The notes under the pieces: model-generated | Told to the model about the DNA's origin: nothing | Database searches by the model: none | The model's input: the letters and a program-made list of their open reading frames with translations, nothing else | Translations under genes and position numbers: made by a program | Part shown: positions 37,557-46,766 of the stretch, piece after piece | How the letters are laid out: each line of letters begins with the position of its first letter | How positions within the stretch are numbered: the stretch's first letter is position 1 | Origin: a virus | Direction: 5' to 3' (one strand) | Virus record (IMG/VR): IMGVR_UViG_3300027741_000002 | Coordinates: 65,507-129,506 of that record | Length of the DNA: 64,000 nucleotides

Positions 37557-39215
37557 TTAAATCGCGTATCTAACAATTATGATACCGGAGCCGCCGCTGG
37601 CTTTATAACCGCCACCGCCACCGCCCATATTTGCTGGAGCGTTTGTATTTTGTTCTCCACCACCACCAAGACCTGGCGCTGGAGTGTTATACCAACCTGC
37701 TCCACCACCTGCGTAATAATAATTACCACCCGATAATTGACCTGTTGATGTAGCAGAACCCATTGCGTTAATTAAGGCAGATGTTGCACCAATTCCACCA
37801 GTTCCACCGATTACTGAACCGTTTGCATTTCCACCAACTCCACCAGCACCTCCACCACCACCAGTACAAAATGCAGCAGTACCGCCAGCGTTACCTTGTC
37901 CAAAAGTACCACTTCCAGGATTAGTAGTTCCCCCACCATTATTAGAGTTACCACCTGCACCTGATCCGCCAGTAGGGTTTTGGCTTCTATACCTTGCTCT
38001 ACCACCACCAACACAAAGGGTCAAGGAACCAAATTGAGAATCATTACCGCTTGTTGCATCATCAACATAATTATCAGTAGCAGTAGTACCACCTGCACCT
38101 ACTGTGCAAGTATATGCCTGAGCAGTAAGGGATTGAGAACTAAAAGTTAATAATCCACCAGCACCACCGCCACCTGAATCTTGTGAAGTTCCACCTCCGC
38201 CAGCAACAACTAATATATCTGCACTTAAGGATATGGTTGGAGTAAATGTACCTGACCCAGTAAATGCGTGATACACATATCCATCAGCGTAACTTACAGT
38301 TCCGCCAGTTGCCTTAGGTGCAGCAGTGTAAAAAATACCTGAAGATAAAAATGTGTGAATTGTATTTCCACCTGATGTGGTTACAGTTCCACCAATCGCT
38401 TTTTGTGTAGTGCCTGAGTATCGGGCTATAACAATTCCTGAGCCGCCGTTGCCTCCATTTTTATTGGCTTGATAAGCACCGCCGCCACCGCCACCGCCTG
38501 TATTAGATGAACCATTGTTAGTATTTCCATTTGCTCCACCGCCAGTTCCACCAGTACCAGGGCCAGTTGCAGAGCCGTAACGATAAGATGAACCACCACC
38601 ACCACCACCAGCATAAGTAGTTGATGAGCCTGAAATAGATGTGGCTACACCATTACCACCATTACCTTGTGTTGAATAATTACCACCAACAGCACCAGCG
38701 CCACCGCCACCGCCAGGACTTTGGTCATAACCACTAATTCCAACAGCAGCATCACCACCAGCATAACCTTGATTAATTGTACCAGCAGCGCCCGTAGAAA
38801 CAACAGAATAATCTCCAGTACCACCACCACCACTACCACCTGTACCAGGTGCAGCATTTGCTGAATTAATACCTGATGAACTTCCTTTACCACCACCAAT
38901 AGAAGTTATAGTAGAAAATACAGAATTACCACCTTGAGTAGCATAAGTTGTTGAAGATTGTATTCCACCATTACCACCAGCACCAACAGTTACTGTGTAT
39001 GCAGTATTAAGTGCCATTGATAAAACAGTTTCTAGTGAACCACCACCACCAGTTGCAGTAACAGTAGAGCGTAAACCTCCTGCTCCGCCGCCACCACCAC
39101 CAGCATTTGAAGCAGCAAATCCTGCACCACCACCACCTGCAACAACAAGGTAGTCAACTGCAAGTGTTAAACGACTCAACGCTCCCGCTGAAGCGGCAGT
39201 TCCAAGAATTGGCAT
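37557..39215 (-). CDS. Glycine-rich-domain protein (two repeats), putative virion fibre/adhesin
   Basis: MPILGTAAS; LVVAGGG twice; GGSGI[VI]I[AV]RY twice; HxF motifs. Confidence 0.8.
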   Translation of the reverse strand: MPILGTAASAGALSRLTLAVDYLVVAGGGGAGFAASNAGGGGGGAGGLRSTVTATGGGGSLETVLSMALNTAYTVTVGAGGNGGIQSSTTYATQGGNSVFSTITSIGGGKGSSSGINSANAAPGTGGSGGGGTGDYSVVSTGAAGTINQGYAGGDAAVGISGYDQSPGGGGGAGAVGGNYSTQGNGGNGVATSISGSSTTYAGGGGGGSSYRYGSATGPGTGGTGGGANGNTNNGSSNTGGGGGGGAYQANKNGGNGGSGIVIARYSGTTQKAIGGTVTTSGGNTIHTFLSSGIFYTAAPKATGGTVSYADGYVYHAFTGSGTFTPTISLSADILVVAGGGGTSQDSGGGGAGGLLTFSSQSLTAQAYTCTVGAGGTTATDNYVDDATSGNDSQFGSLTLCVGGGRARYRSQNPTGGSGAGGNSNNGGGTTNPGSGTFGQGNAGGTAAFCTGGGGGAGGVGGNANGSVIGGTGGIGATSALINAMGSATSTGQLSGGNYYYAGGGAGWYNTPAPGLGGGGEQNTNAPANMGGGGGGYKASGGSGIIIVRYAI

Positions 39216-39290
39216 TAGTTTATCCTTCTCTAAATATACATACAATTCTATACCAATTCTATACTAGTACGGACAAAGCGTCTTAAGGCA

Positions 39291-39322
39291 TAAGAAAAGC
39301 GGGGCCAGTTTCCTGACCCCGC
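39291..39322 (-). terminator. Intrinsic terminator
   Basis: GCGGGG..CCCCGC stem with a T-rich tail on the minus strand after 39337..40353. Confidence 0.65.
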
Positions 39323-39336
39323 CTTAATGACCTACT

Positions 39337-40353
39337 TTACTTAATCGCGGTGAACTTATACTTCTTTGCCATCGCGTTGTACTTAGCCTTAATTGAGGCC
39401 ATGTCCTTATTGAGCTTAGCAACTGCGGCTGAAAGATCAGCAACTGCCTTATCTGTAACAACCTTAGCAGCCGCGTTATCCGCTACTACCTTAGCCATTG
39501 CCGCGTCCGCTGCAGTCTTATCAGCTGCGCGTCCTGCCTTCTCAGCGGCAAGTTCAGCCTTGACCTTTGCAAGTTCTGCTGCAAGATCGCTTACGACTGT
39601 TGTAGCTGCAACTGCAGCCACGCCTGTAGCTGTTGCTACAACTGTAATAGATCCAGTAGCAGGAGCAAGAACCTTAAGCTCTGCGTTGCCAAGACCTACT
39701 GTAGCTGTATCAACCGCTGTTGTCACTGTTGCCACGTTAAGGCCAGTTGAAGCAACTGTTGCACCTGCAACTGTAGCGTTAATCGCAAGGCCGGAAACCT
39801 TGTTGCCGAAAACGTCTAGAGCTGTAAATGTGTATGTTGCCACTGTGCCAGAAGCTACAGCTGAAGGAGCAACTACAGAAACTGCTGATGCTGCGCCTGC
39901 TGTGCCCTTCATGTAAATTGTGTTGGTAACTCCACCGTTAGAAACGATGATTGTACCTGCCGCTACATTAGTTGTGTAAGCATAAACAGTTGCAGTGTTA
40001 CCTGTTCCTGTTGCTACAACAACTGATGAAGCTCCGTCTGTCGAGCGTACACGCACTGCCGCTGGATTATCTAGAGCTGCAACGAGCTTGATAGCTCCTG
40101 TTGCGACGAATGAAACTGAGGTACCTGCGTCTACAGTTGCGACCAAACGGACTACGTCTGCTTCGTCGATTGTGTTATCTGCTGGAACCGTTACTACTGC
40201 AGGTACTAAAGCTGTTGTTGCGTTCGAACTTGCAACAGCTGCTCCGACCTTTACTGATAGTGACATGTCCGCAGCGCTTGCCGGGAGTGCAACTGCAGCT
40301 CCAAGACCTAGCGCAACGACAGATGTCATTGCTATGTTACGTATTAACTTCAT
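39337..40353 (-). CDS. Exported Ig-like/S-layer-like protein with C-terminal coiled coil
   Basis: Signal peptide ending PASA; A/T/V-rich beta strands; TALDVFGN; LNKDMASIKAKYNAMAKKYK. Confidence 0.75.
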   Translation of the reverse strand: MKLIRNIAMTSVVALGLGAAVALPASAADMSLSVKVGAAVASSNATTALVPAVVTVPADNTIDEADVVRLVATVDAGTSVSFVATGAIKLVAALDNPAAVRVRSTDGASSVVVATGTGNTATVYAYTTNVAAGTIIVSNGGVTNTIYMKGTAGAASAVSVVAPSAVASGTVATYTFTALDVFGNKVSGLAINATVAGATVASTGLNVATVTTAVDTATVGLGNAELKVLAPATGSITVVATATGVAAVAATTVVSDLAAELAKVKAELAAEKAGRAADKTAADAAMAKVVADNAAAKVVTDKAVADLSAAVAKLNKDMASIKAKYNAMAKKYKFTAIK

Positions 40354-40533
40354 TATTCTCCTATAGGTTTTTCTAACTACTTCTCAGTAGCTAGGTGTCT
40401 ATCCTCACAGTCTCTTGCTAGCGATGAAACAACATATACCTTGTCACAAATGGCACACGTCCATTGCTGCATACGTCGTTCATTACTCATAAAGCCGTAA
40501 GAATCATTAAATGTAGACATAGGTGTCTACGGG

Positions 40534-40689
40534 TTATTCTGCAGCTGCTCGCTTGTCTACCGCGGCAAATGCCGTGTTAACGTCCTCTTTTGTAAGTCTA
40601 AATATGATTTCAGCCGTCAAGTAAGAGACTATGTATATAACGCCTAAAGTTCCAAAAACCATAAGTCCTAGCTTTAGTGTAGGGCTCAT
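40534..40689 (-). CDS. 51-aa paralog of the C-terminal half of the upstream membrane protein (not in ORF track)
   Basis: FGTLGV..RLTKEDVNTAFAAVDKR versus AGTLGV..KLTVQEINAAFNSVDKK. Confidence 0.65.
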   Translation of the reverse strand: MSPTLKLGLMVFGTLGVIYIVSYLTAEIIFRLTKEDVNTAFAAVDKRAAAE

Positions 40690-40691
40690 AT

Positions 40692-40985
40692 TTAGTTAGC
40701 CTTCTTGTCTACAGAGTTAAATGCAGCGTTAATTTCTTGAACGGTAAGTTTTCCATCGTCCATGAATCCACGAGCAAGGCGCTCAACTACAGTTGCAACA
40801 CCAAGTGTTCCAGCAAGGATTACTGCCTTCGCGGTGCTAATTCCAACAACAGCGCCAGCGCCGATAACACTAAGTCCTGATGCAGCGAATACTGCTATGA
40901 TACGAAGCAAGATGTTCTTAATCGCGGTGACTGGTCCTGCTGCCACTGAAACATCAGCTTCCATAATGTCGTTCTTTTTTGCCAT
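40692..40985 (-). CDS. Holin-like membrane protein
   Basis: Two hydrophobic segments; DDGKLTVQEINAAF. Confidence 0.65.
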   Translation of the reverse strand: MAKKNDIMEADVSVAAGPVTAIKNILLRIIAVFAASGLSVIGAGAVVGISTAKAVILAGTLGVATVVERLARGFMDDGKLTVQEINAAFNSVDKKAN

Positions 40986-41050
40986 ATAATCTCCCTAGGG
41001 ATAGAGGTAGTAAGGTTTGCTTACCTCTCCCAAGAAGCTTTATTATTCTA

Positions 41051-41353
41051 TCATTTATTGCTGTTTGTTACTTTTAACTTTCTGCGGTGAACACGTCGTT
41101 CTTTCTGGGTAGTTCCGCCCCAGATTCCCATTTCATCGTGCTCTACTGCCCATGCAAGGCACGGCTCTTTATAAGGACAGCCTGCACACATTCTTCGCGC
41201 TGCGCCAATGATGTATTGAGATTGGCCCTTTGCTCCTTTTTCTGGAAAGAAAATCTCAGGATCTGTAGTCGCACAAGCAGGGACTCCAAGATCTTTGAAG
41301 ACAGGGTAATTGCTAGATAGCTGTATGTCTAGTGCCATGGACGGACCATACAC
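41051..41353 (-). CDS. whiB: WhiB-family Fe-S transcription factor
   Basis: ACATTDPEIFFP, MCAGCPYKEPC, GIWGGTTQKER. Confidence 0.93.
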   Translation of the reverse strand: MYGPSMALDIQLSSNYPVFKDLGVPACATTDPEIFFPEKGAKGQSQYIIGAARRMCAGCPYKEPCLAWAVEHDEMGIWGGTTQKERRVHRRKLKVTNSNK

Positions 41354-41394
41354 ACAATAGGAATTCTTGTAAACTATAAGTTTTTAGTTTACAC

Positions 41395-41697
41395 TTACTT
41401 AACTATTCTTAATCCTTGCTTGCGAAGAATAAAGTTTCGTTCGTCCGCTGTCATTCCGCCCCAGACACCAAAGAACTCTGGAATTGAAAGAGCATGACTT
41501 AAGCATTGTTCCAAAACAGGACAACCTCTACACACCTTCTTGGCAGCTTTTTCTTTTTCACGTTTTTCCTTGCCACGTGCCATCAGATCTAAAAAGAATA
41601 GATCTGAATCTACATCACGACAGTTAGACTGTTCCTGCCATGCCCAGTCATCATAGACAGGGCGCAGGTTGAGAAGCTGCGGGTTATGTTTTGCCAT
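41395..41697 (-). CDS. whiB: WhiB-family Fe-S transcription factor (WhiB3-like)
   Basis: WAWQEQSNCRDVDSDLFF, AKKVCRGCPVLEQC, GVWGGMTADER. Confidence 0.93.
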   Translation of the reverse strand: MAKHNPQLLNLRPVYDDWAWQEQSNCRDVDSDLFFLDLMARGKEKREKEKAAKKVCRGCPVLEQCLSHALSIPEFFGVWGGMTADERNFILRKQGLRIVK

Positions 41698-41732
41698 TAA
41701 ATAATTCTATATTGAACTATGACAAAAGTACG

Positions 41733-41912
41733 TCATTTAGACGTTGAGTAAAACCCGTTTCCTTTGAAGCTTATTGAAGGTACGCTGTACTGTCTCTTAA
41801 GCTCTTCAGAGCACTCCGGAGCGGTGCAGGTTGGATTACCCTCTGGCTCGCTTATGCTACGCTCTATGAGGTTGTAGTGACCATTCTTGCAATGATATTC
41901 GTACTGTGGCAT
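41733..41912 (-). CDS. FmdB-family zinc-ribbon protein, 59 aa (not in ORF track)
   Basis: MPQYEYHCKNGH..CTAPEC..ISFKGNGFYST; TAATG overlap with the RNR stop. Confidence 0.85.
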   Translation of the reverse strand: MPQYEYHCKNGHYNLIERSISEPEGNPTCTAPECSEELKRQYSVPSISFKGNGFYSTSK

Positions 41913-43954
41913 TACTTCATGTTCTCCACGATAAGCTTAACCTCGCACGCATCAGTTGTGCAGTACGCATCTCCGATTGCATCCGACGCCATTCCTGCGT
42001 AGACTCCGGTGAAGTCAATAGGAAACAACTTCATCGTCGCATCCTCATACTCACTTGCGGTGATCTGCGTGTATGGCATCTGCGGATATGTGAAGTTACC
42101 CATCGGCAGGAAGGACACTGTCTTCAACTGTCCGTCGTACATGTGAAGAACTGTTCCTACGTGCTCCGCTTCCTTTTCAGGATCAAATGATACGGTTACA
42201 GAGACAGAGTTGTCTGACCAGTAGCGCTGCGCTGTTGCGGCGATTGCTGTCTTCTCAAAGATTGATACTTCCTTCTCGGCACGCTTAGCGCTTGACTTGA
42301 TAGGGAAGAACACGACGCTCGTAAAGTCTGGTGACTCTGACGCAGGCTCAACTCTGTAGTTTGCCATCTTGAAGAGAGGCAACATTGGATCTTCGTTAGA
42401 GAAACGAATTGCGCGGTTAAAGTACTCTCCGCCTGGTGTCCAGTGAACTCCCGGTGACTCTCCTGCCAAGATTGAAACTGTACCTGAAGGCTTAACGGTA
42501 GTCATCTTAATAGACTCACGAATACCAAGCCACTCTGAATACGTGTTGTCATACGTCTTGACTGTCTTGTATCCTTCGTCCATCCACTCACGCAGAGTTG
42601 GTAAACCAACGTTGTCTGCAAAGTTAGCTACACCGGACATTGAAGTTCCGATACGGCGGTTGCGTTGCATGATTGCGTTTGTCTCCTCCCAGTGAGTAGG
42701 AAGCAGCGTCACTGTCTTAGCATATAGATATGCAAACTTCAACGTGCGCTTGTAGTCTTCTAGTGAATCGTGACGTCCTAGATACGTCTCAACAAGCGTG
42801 CAACACTCGTATGATTCAAGTGACTGCTCTGCGCAAGGGTTGTATCCAACTACGCGGTGATCCTTGTTGTTTACTGGATCTGCTAAACGACCATACTTAC
42901 GTGATACGTCCATCCAGACTACGCCAGGCTCTCCGTTGCGGGCAATGCCCTCAACGATCTTGTCTAGATCTTGTCCTACTGTTGTTTCAATGGAGTTGTT
43001 TGACATCCAGCCCCAACCCGGTGATGCTGGGTCATAGCTATTGCGCTCTGGGAAACGCTCTGTGTTCTTAAGGTTTAGGAACGTATCGTCATCAAGGCGA
43101 CCGATTAGAAGTTCAGCTGAGCGACGAACGTTGCCAGAAACAACGCACACGCCAATAAGATTACCGATGTCAGCAAGATCAGTACGAGTAACTTTTTCAC
43201 CGGCGCGTCCTTCAAATAGTTTACGGATGTAGTTGTGTAAACGTTCTAACGGTTCGTGTCCTGCGGCTGTGCCACCGAACGTCTTGATTGGAATACCTGC
43301 TGGGCGGACTTGGCTGTAATCATATAATGGAGCCTTCTGATCTGGCTTGAGGTAAGCATTGAGGATGATTGAGAGTGATTCAACCCATCCTTCTCTTGTG
43401 TCTGGGACAACGTATGTTTCCTCTCCTTGCGGTGAATAAATCACAAAATCTTTGTCTGCACCTTTATCATCAAATCCTACACCAACGCCGAGCATTGACG
43501 CTTCCATAAGAAACGCAAAAGGCTTTGCTGGGTTTTGCTTTGTCATTTCAAGTGTTGAAACAAATGCACAGTTTTGCAGTGCTGCAGAGTTCTTTTGCAC
43601 GTTAACTAAAGGAGTACCCATAACCCAGAGACCACGACCTGGCGGTGTCCACTTTAGATTAAATAGTCTATCAAATCCATCCTTTGCAGATGCCTGTGCC
43701 TTTGAATCATTCCAAGGAAGTCTTTGGCTTTTGCAGTGATCTTTTTGAATAGAGTACATGCCATTGATGACACGCTCGCATACGTCAGCCCAAGTTTCCT
43801 TGGTGCCGTCTTCTTTTAAGCGAGAGTACGTGCGAAGAAAAGTAATTTCTCCAACAGAGTTTCCTGCTGCATCAGTGTAGCCAAAAGGAGCTTTCTTTCC
43901 TCGATACCCTTGCACAAAATCATCGCTTAGTTTGAAAGAGAAAAAGCTCACCAA
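41912..43954 (-). CDS. nrdJ: Class II (adenosylcobalamin-dependent) ribonucleotide reductase
   Basis: PPGRGLW, ALQNC, GYNPCAEQ, TTVKPSGTVS, C-terminal CTTDAC. Confidence 0.95.
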   Translation of the reverse strand: MVSFFSFKLSDDFVQGYRGKKAPFGYTDAAGNSVGEITFLRTYSRLKEDGTKETWADVCERVINGMYSIQKDHCKSQRLPWNDSKAQASAKDGFDRLFNLKWTPPGRGLWVMGTPLVNVQKNSAALQNCAFVSTLEMTKQNPAKPFAFLMEASMLGVGVGFDDKGADKDFVIYSPQGEETYVVPDTREGWVESLSIILNAYLKPDQKAPLYDYSQVRPAGIPIKTFGGTAAGHEPLERLHNYIRKLFEGRAGEKVTRTDLADIGNLIGVCVVSGNVRRSAELLIGRLDDDTFLNLKNTERFPERNSYDPASPGWGWMSNNSIETTVGQDLDKIVEGIARNGEPGVVWMDVSRKYGRLADPVNNKDHRVVGYNPCAEQSLESYECCTLVETYLGRHDSLEDYKRTLKFAYLYAKTVTLLPTHWEETNAIMQRNRRIGTSMSGVANFADNVGLPTLREWMDEGYKTVKTYDNTYSEWLGIRESIKMTTVKPSGTVSILAGESPGVHWTPGGEYFNRAIRFSNEDPMLPLFKMANYRVEPASESPDFTSVVFFPIKSSAKRAEKEVSIFEKTAIAATAQRYWSDNSVSVTVSFDPEKEAEHVGTVLHMYDGQLKTVSFLPMGNFTYPQMPYTQITASEYEDATMKLFPIDFTGVYAGMASDAIGDAYCTTDACEVKLIVENMK

Positions 43955-44027
43955 AACCCCCTGGAATATGTTGTAATTTTAGATCAAAATTAGATGACGA
44001 ATTATACTGCTTTTTCGTTAAAGCGTG

Positions 44028-44255
44028 TTAACTTCCTAGTGTTTCAAAGATTTCTTTACACGGCTTGCAGACAGGAAATTTTGTTCCGTCTCTTGTTGGA
44101 ACCCATATTTTTCCACATAAAGCGATAGCAGGCTTGCCTTCTACGTATGCTTCCATTGCTGCATCGCGGTGAATATAATGCGAAAACTTGTCGTGATCTC
44201 CGCTGTTAGTGCGCAGATCTGCTTCAGTATCAACTTCTATTATTACGTCGCTCAT
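44028..44255 (-). CDS. DUF3039-like actinobacterial protein
   Basis: GDHDKFSHY..ALCGKIWVP..FPVCKPCKEI. Confidence 0.85.
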   Translation of the reverse strand: MSDVIIEVDTEADLRTNSGDHDKFSHYIHRDAAMEAYVEGKPAIALCGKIWVPTRDGTKFPVCKPCKEIFETLGS

Positions 44256-44272
44256 ACTTGCAATTATATTAC

Positions 44273-45169
44273 TTAACCACCCACTGCAGAACGAAGATAG
44301 CGAACAATAACAATACCAGATCCACCTATGCCACTTACTGTATTGTATTGACCGCCGTTCAAAGCTCCGCCGCCGCCACCACCAGTATTAGTGCCACCTG
44401 CAACTCCGTACCCACCGCCTCCACCTGCGCCAGCTTGTCCACTAGAAGCATCAACTCTGTATCCGCCGCATCCACCACCTGCGTAATATCCGCTTCTACC
44501 AGTTCCAGTTGCAGTTGCCCAAGATGACCAAGTGCTTAATCCATCTCCGCCCGACCCGCCAGGAGTTTCTCCGTACCCTCCGCTAAGAGACACGCTACCT
44601 CCTGCTGCGCCCGCGCCGCCTCCGCCACCTTGCGCTGGATACGCACCGTTTGTGCCACCAAAAGAATCTCCACCTTTATTTCCATAAAAAATTCCGCCAG
44701 TGCCGCTTGTAGCTGCGCCACCTGTTGCTGTTGCTGATGTGCCCTGATTACCGCTTGCTCCACCGCCAGATCCGCCAGCTACTCCGTCTACAGCACTAGC
44801 TAATACGCCTCTACCGCCGCCCTTTGCGATAAATAAAGAACCTAGTGAAGAATCAACTCCATTAGACCCAAGGCTGCCACCGCCACCAATTGTTGCCGTG
44901 TAAGTTCCCGCCGAAAAAGAAGTTGCAGCTCCATATTGAACTCCACCAGCTCCACCGCCAGAAGCGTATCCTCCAGCCGAGTTATTTCCGCCTGGGCCTC
45001 CGCCTGCAATTACAAGAGCATCTGCAGTAAGAGGAGCTGCAGTGACTACTAAGTCTGCGGTAGAAGTAAATGTACGGTAGTAATAAGTTGCGTCACTAGT
45101 AAGTGTACCGCCAGTGACAATTGACAAAGGTACATTGTACCCGCTCGCGATTGTTCCAAGAATAGGCAT
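44273..45169 (-). CDS. Glycine-rich-domain protein, putative fibre/adhesin
   Basis: MPILGTIAS; LVIAGGG; GGSGIVIVRY. Confidence 0.8.
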   Translation of the reverse strand: MPILGTIASGYNVPLSIVTGGTLTSDATYYYRTFTSTADLVVTAAPLTADALVIAGGGPGGNNSAGGYASGGGAGGVQYGAATSFSAGTYTATIGGGGSLGSNGVDSSLGSLFIAKGGGRGVLASAVDGVAGGSGGGASGNQGTSATATGGAATSGTGGIFYGNKGGDSFGGTNGAYPAQGGGGGAGAAGGSVSLSGGYGETPGGSGGDGLSTWSSWATATGTGRSGYYAGGGCGGYRVDASSGQAGAGGGGGYGVAGGTNTGGGGGGALNGGQYNTVSGIGGSGIVIVRYLRSAVGG

Positions 45170-45208
45170 AGGCTTATTTTATCTTATCTACATATGATTG
45201 ATAAAAGC

Positions 45209-45766
45209 CTACTCCGCGGTCTTACGAATCCAGACCTGGTAGTTCGTAACGATAAGGTTGTAGCGTCCTCTAAACAGCCTTAGAACGCAATCAATACCGT
45301 CCTTAGGGTGTAAGGGTGTTCCTTGATACATGTGCCAGTCGTAGTCGTCAAATATCATGATCCCGCCAACCTCCAGCACGCGCCAGCCATGAAGGGCATC
45401 AATCACGGTCTGCAGTGCGGTGTGATCTCCGTCTATGTAGACAACGTTAAATCTTTCACTTGCAGGGCATGTCGCAAAGTATTTATCACTTGTGCCCTTA
45501 CGCTTTTCAACCTTTTCAATTTTAGCAAATCGCTCGTCGTAGACTCTCTCAACCTGGTTAAAGTCAAAGGTACCTTCGTGCTCTATTGAGCCTTCCCAGG
45601 TGTCAACGTCTACTATCCTGTTGATGTTTTTATTGTCTAATAACCACTGTGTTGTGTCACCCTCATATACTCCGATCTGTAAAACAGTTAAGGGAGATTC
45701 AATCCTCAGGTAGTTTTCAAAGTTTGGTTTAACGTGGTTAAACCACGTAGGAAGCTCTTGCTCCAC
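45209..45766 (-). CDS. Class I SAM-dependent methyltransferase (Methyltransf_24-like)
   Basis: LQIGVYEG, VDTWEGS, VYIDGDH, LEVGGIMIFDDY. Confidence 0.88.
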   Translation of the reverse strand: MEQELPTWFNHVKPNFENYLRIESPLTVLQIGVYEGDTTQWLLDNKNINRIVDVDTWEGSIEHEGTFDFNQVERVYDERFAKIEKVEKRKGTSDKYFATCPASERFNVVYIDGDHTALQTVIDALHGWRVLEVGGIMIFDDYDWHMYQGTPLHPKDGIDCVLRLFRGRYNLIVTNYQVWIRKTAE

Positions 45767-46116
45767 TACTCAACACGTCCAAAATCATCTTCATATCTAA
45801 TGATGTCATCTTCTCCAAGATACTCACCTGTTTGAATCTCGATAAAGACGAGGTCGCCTTCGCCTTCGGCTCTTACGCGGTGAACTTCTCCAACCCCAAT
45901 TGAGACGTAGTCTCCTGGGCCAAGATGAAGTATCTGGTCAAATAGCTCGACCTCCGCGTAACCTTGCGTGATGTACCAATGCTCCGCGCGGTGTTTGTGT
46001 GATTGCTTACTTAAACGACTTCCGTTTTCAACGTGTATTCGTTTGACCTGTACTTTTTGCTCAGTGTGAAGGATTACATAGAAGCCCCAAGGGCGAACAA
46101 AGATCTCCGGTGTCAT
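45766..46116 (-). CDS. Cupin, type II mannose-6-phosphate isomerase C-terminal-like
   Basis: RPWGFY, LSKQSHKHRAEHW, FIEIQTGEYLGEDDIIRYEDDFGR. Confidence 0.88.
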   Translation of the reverse strand: MTPEIFVRPWGFYVILHTEQKVQVKRIHVENGSRLSKQSHKHRAEHWYITQGYAEVELFDQILHLGPGDYVSIGVGEVHRVRAEGEGDLVFIEIQTGEYLGEDDIIRYEDDFGRVE

Positions 46117-46139
46117 GAATGAACTGTATCATAAAAATT

Positions 46140-46370
46140 AGAAAGAATCGGGTCTAGCACTGGCAGCGCTTCTTATGCTACCCGTAACGATAGCTCGCTA
46201 ATCAACAACCCACTCGATGTCTACCCAGCCAGTGCTAGACACTCAACTCTGAAGTTGGAGTGGATGACAGTTGTACGTCTTATCCAGGACGATTCGCATT
46301 GGCGGGATTAGCGAAGGTTCGCTTTCGTTGTGACAAGCTACTGATGGCGGCACCAGGCCAGTGGCGATGC
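46140..46370 (-). ncRNA. Candidate structured, pseudoknotted non-coding RNA (about 230 nt)
   Basis: TGTTATAAT promoter at 46375; 13-bp perfect stem 46152-64/46228-40; 9-bp and 6-bp crossing pairings; only an 18-codon ORF inside. Confidence 0.6.
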
Positions 46371-46388
46371 TTAAATTATAACAGGATC

Positions 46389-46664
46389 CTAGACAGCTTT
46401 TAGCGTATTTACCCAGCCGACGATACCTTCAATAGATAAGTCCATCATGCCGTCTTCCCCTAGAAGATCCTCTAGACGGGTTAAGATCTCGCTAAGTTCA
46501 TCCCTATCTACGTCACATACGTTCTGGATGTATGTCTCCATGAGAGCCATCAGTTCCTTCATGAACTCAACGGGGACGAGGAGTAGCCCTTCCTCCTCAA
46601 GATACTGCATTAGAACATCATCATCTCTACCAAAATCAGGGTCTATATCGTCGTTGAATTCCAT
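46389..46664 (-). CDS. Acidic hypothetical protein (leaderless)
   Basis: TACTAT-N6-ATG; very D/E-rich. Confidence 0.65.
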   Translation of the reverse strand: MEFNDDIDPDFGRDDDVLMQYLEEEGLLLVPVEFMKELMALMETYIQNVCDVDRDELSEILTRLEDLLGEDGMMDLSIEGIVGWVNTLKAV

Positions 46665-46766
46665 TGATAGATAGTATCCCACAAAACCTGCGGTGATAGT
46701 TGTACGTTCTGGCCTCTATGTGATATTGTCTATTATACTAAATGACACACTACGAAAGGCACTAAG

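Noticed and set aside
46140-46370. tmRNA or a small peptide gene
   Set aside because: There are no tRNA-like acceptor/T-arm ends, and the 18-codon ORF has no clear RBS.
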